Source: Candidatus Bathyarchaeia archaeon (lineage in GTDB: Archaea > Thermoproteota > Bathyarchaeia > Bathyarchaeales > Bathycorpusculaceae). From it: 64,000 bases of DNA. The translations under genes were made by a program, and so were the position numbers. The notes below the pieces were generated by a model. That model had not been told where the DNA came from. It did not search any database and worked only from the letters and a program-made list of their open reading frames with translations. This document shows positions 57,753 through 64,000 of this stretch, in pieces. The DNA is taken from NCBI GenBank assembly GCA_050010755.1, contig JBEKKK010000001.1, positions 192,001-256,000 on the forward strand, read 5' to 3'. How positions within the stretch are numbered: position 1 is the stretch's first letter; every line of letters begins with the position of its first letter.

Positions 57753-59129
57753 TCACAAAACCACTATTGCAGACACATCGTTGACGTTCGTGCCCGTGGG
57801 TCCTGTGAAGATGAGGTCGCCGAGTTTTGAAAAGAAGTGATACGAATCATTTTCCGCCAGAAACTTTTCAGGAACCAAACCCATCTTTAGAGCCCTTGTT
57901 ATCGTCTTCCCATCGATAACCGCTCCAGCCGCATCCGTCGGTCCGTCTACACCGTCTGTACTAAGAGAAGCCAGCACTATTCCCTCGGATCCTTTGAGTC
58001 GTGCGGCAGCAGCTAATGCCAATTCTTGGTTTCTTCCACCCAGCCCCTTTCCGGTTACGGTCACTGTCGTTTCTCCGCCCGCAACTATGCCTGCTGGCTT
58101 TGGAGCAGGATGAGCAGAAACTGAAACTTCCGAGCCGATTGACGCTAGCATGGTGCCTATATGTCGAGCTTCCCCCTCCAATGTTGCCGTCAACATAAGC
58201 GCGTGGAGCCCATCAGTTTTCAGCTGTTCATAGGCGGCTGAGGTTGAAGATCTGTTGTTTCCTATCACGACGTTGTGAACCTTTCTGAATGCTTTGTCTC
58301 TGGCCTTGGGAGTTTCCGGGATGAGCCCTTTCTTTCCTTCTGACAACACTTTTCTTATTGACTCTGGAGCCGCAGCCCATAGATTGTACTTCTTGAGTAT
58401 GGCTATGGCTTCGTTGAACGTTGTTGAGTCTGGGACTGTTGGGCCAGAAGCAATGAAATCTAGAGGATCGCCCACAACATCGGAGAGGATGAGATTGAGA
58501 ATCGTCGCGGGATAAGCCTTTTTCGCCAGCCAACCACCTTTGAAATCTGAAATGTGTTTCCGAACTGTGTTCACCTCGTTTATGGTTGCCCCTGACTTCA
58601 ACAGAGCCTGAGTCATCTCCTTTTTATCTGCAAGGGAAATCTTCCCACGGGGGAGAGGCATCAAGCTTGAGCCACCCCCGGAAATCAAACATATGATTAA
58701 ATCGTTGCCTTCTGCTTGTTCCACTATCTCAAGCATCTGGCGAGTTCCTTCAACTCCCGCCTCGTCTGGAACCGGATGGTTAGCTTCGTGGAGCTTGATT
58801 CTGCTTGTCCTGTTTGTGCTGCCGTGAAGAACATTGACGACCCCGCCTGTCAATCGGTCGCCCAGTATCTGTTCAACAGCTTCAGCCATTGATCCGCTTG
58901 CTTTGCCACCGCCCACAACGTATACTTTCTTCAGTTTCTCCAGATTGAAAGAGAGACTATCAACATTCAGTATCGAGTCGTGAAAAAGAAGCTTTGATTT
59001 CAACAACCGCTTTGGGTCGGCCGCGTTCAAGGCAGTTTCAAGACTCGTCAAAGCCAACCTCCTTGCTTCTCGGTTGAGCCTAGTCTCCCCGTTCTCGACC
59101 AGCTGCGCCTTGTTCTTAATCGCGATCAT
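57753..59129 (-). CDS. Glycerate 2-kinase (MOFRL family)
   Basis: G.GKA..MA, HP.PD, ISGGGS, GGETT, GGRNQE, TGTNVND. Confidence 0.95.
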   Translation of the reverse strand: MIAIKNKAQLVENGETRLNREARRLALTSLETALNAADPKRLLKSKLLFHDSILNVDSLSFNLEKLKKVYVVGGGKASGSMAEAVEQILGDRLTGGVVNVLHGSTNRTSRIKLHEANHPVPDEAGVEGTRQMLEIVEQAEGNDLIICLISGGGSSLMPLPRGKISLADKKEMTQALLKSGATINEVNTVRKHISDFKGGWLAKKAYPATILNLILSDVVGDPLDFIASGPTVPDSTTFNEAIAILKKYNLWAAAPESIRKVLSEGKKGLIPETPKARDKAFRKVHNVVIGNNRSSTSAAYEQLKTDGLHALMLTATLEGEARHIGTMLASIGSEVSVSAHPAPKPAGIVAGGETTVTVTGKGLGGRNQELALAAAARLKGSEGIVLASLSTDGVDGPTDAAGAVIDGKTITRALKMGLVPEKFLAENDSYHFFSKLGDLIFTGPTGTNVNDVSAIVVL

Positions 59130-59224
59130 CCATATAGCCCGATACGCTTTTTCAATAGTTAGTGCGTAAGTGTAATAAGTCAACGCTAATAAAATATTCC
59201 GCAAATCAATGTCTGGTGAACTGC

Positions 59225-60229
59225 ATGCCAAAACTGAGGATTTATGTCACGAGGCAAATGCCGGAGAGAGGTTTGATGATAATAAGGAAGTACTTCGAGA
59301 CTGAAGTGTGGCCGGAGTATGCCCCGCCCCCGAAGAAGACGATTATAGAAAAAGCCAAGAATGTGGACGCCCTTGCCACACTTTTGTCTGACAAGATAGA
59401 CGCCGAAGTTTTTGACGCCGCGCCGAAATTGAAGATTGTCTCACAGATGGCTGTGGGCTTCGACAACATCGACCTGAAAGAAGCCACTAAGAGAGGAATC
59501 TATGTCACGAACACGCCTGAGGTGCTGACCGATACCACCGCAGACTTTGCATGGGCTTTGCTCATAGCTGTGGCGAGAAGAGTCGTTGAGGCAGACAAGT
59601 ATGTTCGCACGGGTCAATGGAAGGTCGGTTGGCATCCTGACATGATGACGGGCCGGGATGTTCACAACGCAACTATAGGCATCGTGGGCGCTGGCAGAAT
59701 AGGCTATGCGATGGCGAAGAGAGCAAAAGGATTCGACATGAAGATTCTCTTCTACGATGTCATCCCACGACCCGAGATGGAGAAAGATTTTGGTGCAAAA
59801 CGCATGGATCTTGATGAACTATTGCAGCAAGCAGACTTCGTCAGCATACACGTTCCGCTCATGAAAGAAACGCAACACTTAATGAACGAACAAAGATTTA
59901 GAATGATGAAGAAAACGGCCTACTTGATAAACAATTCACGTGGCCCAGTTGTCGACGAGAAGGCCCTGTACAAGGCATTGAAAGAAGGCTGGATCGCAGG
60001 CGCAGGAATCGACGTTTTCGAACAAGAACCAGCAACATTGGACAACCCTCTGCTCAAGCTTGACAACGTTGTCCTCGCTCCACACATTTCAAGCGCAAGC
60101 CTCGAGACCCGCGCGAAAATGGCCGAAATGGTAGCAGACAACCTCGTTTCGTTCTTTGAAGGAAAGAAACCGCCAAACCTTGTCAACCAAGACGTTATGA
60201 AAGTGCGTCCACTATCGAAGCAAATTTAA
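59225..60229 (+). CDS. gyaR: Glyoxylate/hydroxypyruvate reductase
   Basis: AVGFDNID, NTP.VLT..TAD, G.GRIG, N.SRG, DVFE.EP, PHI.SA. Confidence 0.92.
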   Translation: MPKLRIYVTRQMPERGLMIIRKYFETEVWPEYAPPPKKTIIEKAKNVDALATLLSDKIDAEVFDAAPKLKIVSQMAVGFDNIDLKEATKRGIYVTNTPEVLTDTTADFAWALLIAVARRVVEADKYVRTGQWKVGWHPDMMTGRDVHNATIGIVGAGRIGYAMAKRAKGFDMKILFYDVIPRPEMEKDFGAKRMDLDELLQQADFVSIHVPLMKETQHLMNEQRFRMMKKTAYLINNSRGPVVDEKALYKALKEGWIAGAGIDVFEQEPATLDNPLLKLDNVVLAPHISSASLETRAKMAEMVADNLVSFFEGKKPPNLVNQDVMKVRPLSKQI

Positions 60230-60315
60230 ACGTGAAATCATAGACTTTGCCGCAAATAGTTAAATACCACTTTTCTTCTTACCTTCAATTTCCTTTCAAA
60301 AACAAGGTGACCAAT

Positions 60316-61488
60316 GTGGATACTATCTTTGCAGATAGAATGAAAACTCTTGGTACCGAAACAGCTTTCGAAGTGCTGGCAAAGGCAAAGGCGCTCGAGA
60401 GGCAAGGAAAAGACATTGTGCATTTGGAGATAGGCGAACCTGACTTTGACACGCCTAAGAACATAAAAGATGCCGCAATTAAAGCGTTGAATTCAGGTTA
60501 CACACATTACACTCCATCCGCAGGCATGCCGGAACTGAGACAGGCTATAGCAGACTACATTTCGAAAACCAGAAAACTGGACGTAAAACCGGAAGAAGTA
60601 GTCGTCACGCCTGGCGGAAAGCCGGTGATGTTCTTCAGCATTTTAGCGTTGGTAAATCCTGGGGACGAAGTCATGTATCCAAACCCGGGATTTCCTATTT
60701 ACGAGTCAATGATAAACTTTGTCGGCGCTAAGCCCGTCCCGATACAGCTCAAAGAGGAGAACGAGTTTGGCCTCGACACCGAATACGTCAAGAAGATGAT
60801 AACGAAGAAGACCAAGATGATAATTCTCAACTCTCCAGAAAACCCGACGGGTGGAATTGTAACACGAGAACAGCTCAAAGTAGTGGCTGACAGCATATCC
60901 GGCAGGAACGACGTGTTTGTGCTATCTGACGAAATCTACAGCAGAATAATCTATGAAGGCAAGCATGAAAGCATAACGCAATTTCCTGGAATGAAGGACA
61001 AGACAATTCTGTTGGACGGCTTTTCAAAAACGTATGCAATGACTGGCTGGAGACTCGGTTATGGAGTTATGAGAAAGGACTTGGCAGAAAAAGTTGCGCA
61101 ACTAATGACAAACTCGAACTCCTGCACTTGCGCTTTTACCCAATTGGCTGGGGTTGAAGCCCTAACGGGACCACAAAAAGAGTCAGAAAGAATGGATGAG
61201 GAATTCCGAAAGAGAAGAGAAGTCATAGTTCCCGGCTTGAACAACATCGAAGGCATAACATGCAAAAAGCCACACGGAGCTTTCTACGTGTTTCCGAACA
61301 TCACGGGAACAGGCATGGACTCTCGCACGCTGCAGGATTATCTGCTCAACAACGCTGGTGTGGCCGCTCTGGCGGGCACATCCTTCGGAAAATACGGTGA
61401 AGGCTACCTGCGCCTATCGTTCGCAAACTCAATCGAAAACATAAAGAAGGCACTAGAGCGAATAGCAAAGGCCGTTAAAAAGAAATAA
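60316..61488 (+). CDS. Class I/II PLP aminotransferase (aspartate aminotransferase-like)
   Basis: GEPDF.TP, NSP.NPTG, SDEIY, SKTYAMTGWRLG; GTG start after AGGTGA. Confidence 0.95.
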   Translation: MDTIFADRMKTLGTETAFEVLAKAKALERQGKDIVHLEIGEPDFDTPKNIKDAAIKALNSGYTHYTPSAGMPELRQAIADYISKTRKLDVKPEEVVVTPGGKPVMFFSILALVNPGDEVMYPNPGFPIYESMINFVGAKPVPIQLKEENEFGLDTEYVKKMITKKTKMIILNSPENPTGGIVTREQLKVVADSISGRNDVFVLSDEIYSRIIYEGKHESITQFPGMKDKTILLDGFSKTYAMTGWRLGYGVMRKDLAEKVAQLMTNSNSCTCAFTQLAGVEALTGPQKESERMDEEFRKRREVIVPGLNNIEGITCKKPHGAFYVFPNITGTGMDSRTLQDYLLNNAGVAALAGTSFGKYGEGYLRLSFANSIENIKKALERIAKAVKKK

Positions 61489-61495
61489 GTCTGGT

Positions 61496-61873
61496 CTACT
61501 CTTCCACTTTTTCTTCCGTCATAGCCTCAACGATGTCTGAGGCTAAACGCACTATATCGTTGGCCTGTTTCATAGCTTTCTCGCCATCGACTTCTTCAAT
61601 CTGAGCCAGCTGTTGAAACATCGCCTCAATTTCAACTAGAAACCTCAGAATGGGATCCGTAATCGGTCCCTGCGTCTTCTCAGCGGTTTCTCTCACAACT
61701 ATCTCAACGAAGGCTGGCTCTCCAAGGCTATAATAGATGGCGTTCCTAGCTTTTCTGATGGCCTCCAAAACCAAACTTGGAGCCATATAGGGCATCTTTC
61801 TCGCAGCCTGAAGCTCCGCTTTTGCTTCGCGCAAGTATCGCAACGCCCAACTTCTTCTATAATCATCCATCAT
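61496..61873 (-). CDS. Conserved hypothetical helical protein
   Basis: 125-aa ORF downstream of rps17e. Confidence 0.7.
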   Translation of the reverse strand: MMDDYRRSWALRYLREAKAELQAARKMPYMAPSLVLEAIRKARNAIYYSLGEPAFVEIVVRETAEKTQGPITDPILRFLVEIEAMFQQLAQIEEVDGEKAMKQANDIVRLASDIVEAMTEEKVEE

Positions 61874-61919
61874 TACAGTTCGACCCTCATTCTGTTGAAA
61901 GAGCCGACTTCAACCGAGG

Positions 61920-62186
61920 TTACGCGCCAACTGGCGCTCCTTCAGCCGATTCCTCGCCTTCCAGTTCCACTTCCTCGGAGGTCTCCTCTTGCAGTTGCCT
62001 TTGTTCTGTCGCCACAAAACGAGTTATGTAGCCCGCTATCTGGTTCAGAACCTTGGGAGTTCCTCCCTGCACTAGAGCCCTAACTAAATGTTTGTTATTC
62101 TCAAAATCATTGGTGAACTTTTCAGGAAATCGTTTGATAAGCTCCTTAGCTGTCCGTTTGATTTGCTCAGTCCGCACATTACCCAA
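61920..62186 (-). CDS. rps17e: 30S ribosomal protein S17e
   Basis: MG.VR...IKR.A..L.......F..DF..NK, N.IAGYIT. Confidence 0.95.
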   Translation of the reverse strand: MGNVRTEQIKRTAKELIKRFPEKFTNDFENNKHLVRALVQGGTPKVLNQIAGYITRFVATEQRQLQEETSEEVELEGEESAEGAPVGA

Positions 62187-62405
62187 ACTTCACGATCCTC
62201 CGAATGCCCTTGACTTTCTGCCCGCTCCGAAGCATGTTAATTCCAGTTTGGACTGTCATAAACCCAACATACTAATTTAAACTTACCCCACAGTACTCGC
62301 CAAAAACCTATTCAAGACTCATCGAACCATCCATGCCAATCGCTCACATGCAGAGCCTTACCTTTTACCGAAAAGTCGACAATTCTTAATCAAGCAAGTT
62401 CATCG

Positions 62406-63188
62406 TTATTGAATGCGCTCAACATCGAAGAAATTTTTGAAGTTTTCAAGTATCTGTTCTGCAACTTCTTCTACGCTTATTTTCTTGACCTCTGCGAAGG
62501 CCGCAATAACGGTCGGAATAAAAGAGGGCGTAGTTCTCTTTCCTTCAAAAGGTCTCTTGAAAAAACGAACTGGGCCGTCGGTCTCTGTTAAGAGATTGGT
62601 CAAGGGCACTTTTTTGACCACCTCACGTATTCCATTTGAATATAGTATCGCAGGCCCCTCAGTGATGTAATAACCTCTTTCGATGGCTTTGCCAAGCGCG
62701 CTGATTGGATTACTGAACCAGTGCAGCAGCACCTTCTTGAGCGTGTAAGAGGAAAGCATGTCAATCACCTGCACAGTCGTCCCCCGCGAATGAATAATGG
62801 CCGGCAAACCAAGCTTTTCAGCCAAACGCAGCATCAAATCAAAAACCTTCACCTGCTTATCCCATATGTCCATGTACTTGGAGTCTAGCCCTATCTCGCC
62901 CAAAGCGACGAACGCCTTGTTCCTCCTCTGCGCTGAGATCAGCTGTGAAACTTGATCGAGTTCGCTATCCTGAAGTTCCTTCACAGTCCAAGGATGAATA
63001 CCTAACGCAGCATACACGATCCCAGGATGACGCTCCGTTAATTCTAAGGTTCCATGGCAGGTTTTCAGATCCATGGAGTTTGAAACCAGAGCTACTACGC
63101 CTGAGTTTTTTGCTTCAGCCAGAACTTCATCCACAACTCCAGCATACTCCTCGTCTGAGAGATGAATGTGCGCGTCAACAAACTTCAT
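62406..63188 (-). CDS. tatD: TatD family hydrolase
   Basis: DAH.H, GIHP, GEIGLD, IHSR, H.F, ETD.P. Confidence 0.93.
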   Translation of the reverse strand: MKFVDAHIHLSDEEYAGVVDEVLAEAKNSGVVALVSNSMDLKTCHGTLELTERHPGIVYAALGIHPWTVKELQDSELDQVSQLISAQRRNKAFVALGEIGLDSKYMDIWDKQVKVFDLMLRLAEKLGLPAIIHSRGTTVQVIDMLSSYTLKKVLLHWFSNPISALGKAIERGYYITEGPAILYSNGIREVVKKVPLTNLLTETDGPVRFFKRPFEGKRTTPSFIPTVIAAFAEVKKISVEEVAEQILENFKNFFDVERIQ

Positions 63189-63371
63189 CGCTATCACTTT
63201 GGGCAACACTCATGCAACGTCTGCTTTAATAAATTCCCCTAGGAGGGTTCTGTTAACTCTTCGGCGCTTTTCAATGTTGATGAACAAGACTAGTTTCTGG
63301 AACGTACTGAACCAAGGCTCAGACAGACATATATTTTCCAATTGTCAATGTTAGATTGGAGGAGTTTAAGC

Positions 63372-64000
63372 ATGAGTGGAACAAAAGAAAGAAAAATCAC
63401 TCGAAAAGGGGTCCTTGTTACGCTTGGAATAATCTGCATCATTTTAGTAGCCTCCTTAGGCGGTGTGGTTGCAGCATATACATTAATGATAAACGACAAA
63501 AACAACACAATCTCATCCTTAACCAATCAGATTTCTCAATTAAACTCTAGTATAGCAAATCTTCAGAGCCAAGTTGCCTCCGAAAACTCCACGATTAATT
63601 CCCTGACCTCTCAGGTCGCAAATCTGCAAAAAGAATTAAATCCGAATACAACTTACACGGCGGCAGGAGTTCTCGACGGGTTGGAACTCACTATGAGGCT
63701 CGAAAATATCGTTTACATTCTCGGCGAACCAGTAAACATTACGCTCACAGTCACCAACATAAGCAATCAGACGATGAACTATAACTTCGAACACCCAAAC
63801 TTTGACTTTCGAGTTTACAACGACACGAATGACAACCTGTACCAATGGTCGAACACCCAGGTTTCTCTTAATTATGGCTCCATAATACCTCTCAACCCTG
63901 GCGAGAGTCTTGCTTCAGGTAATTTGGTTTGGCCTCAGACTTGCAACGTTATGGATGGTTCGCAAAGCTTTCCCGTTTCGCCAGGAACATATTACATTGT
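63372..64000 (+). CDS. Membrane-anchored coiled-coil plus Ig-like (BsuPI-like) protein, 3' truncated
   Basis: Open frame from ATG 63372 to window end; TM, heptad stretch, Y..GEPVNITLTVTN. Confidence 0.75.
   Translation, partial: MSGTKERKITRKGVLVTLGIICIILVASLGGVVAAYTLMINDKNNTISSLTNQISQLNSSIANLQSQVASENSTINSLTSQVANLQKELNPNTTYTAAGVLDGLELTMRLENIVYILGEPVNITLTVTNISNQTMNYNFEHPNFDFRVYNDTNDNLYQWSNTQVSLNYGSIIPLNPGESLASGNLVWPQTCNVMDGSQSFPVSPGTYYI

Overview
Archaeal chromosomal segment. It is most likely Bathyarchaeia/TACK; this is inferred from TFE-beta, KEOPS, NosD/dockerin surface proteins, GGTGA Shine-Dalgarno motifs and BHB-intron tRNAs. It is mostly housekeeping genes plus three tRNAs: Leu-TAG with a canonical intron, Thr-GGT, and Met-CAT with two non-canonical introns. 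The main discovery candidate is a family of about 11 dispersed, oriented intergenic repeats with consensus CAACATG-Nx-TTAC-N3-GCAACATTAC-N7-GTAAAG-A7-8-GGGGAGGG. One copy is split exactly by a 9.3-kb AT-rich tyrosine-integrase element (about 4157-13492). On a manual scan the element has no GATC or GGCC sites. It carries a lone HK97-gp10-like gene, a PD-(D/E)XK nuclease cargo, and no recognisable capsid or replicase. Other notable items are a pilin-roadblock locus, an AbiE-like toxin-antitoxin pair, intergenic (CG)n tracts including a MITE-like inverted repeat, and probable ATC/CTG start codons. All annotations come from recognising motifs by eye; no database searches were run.
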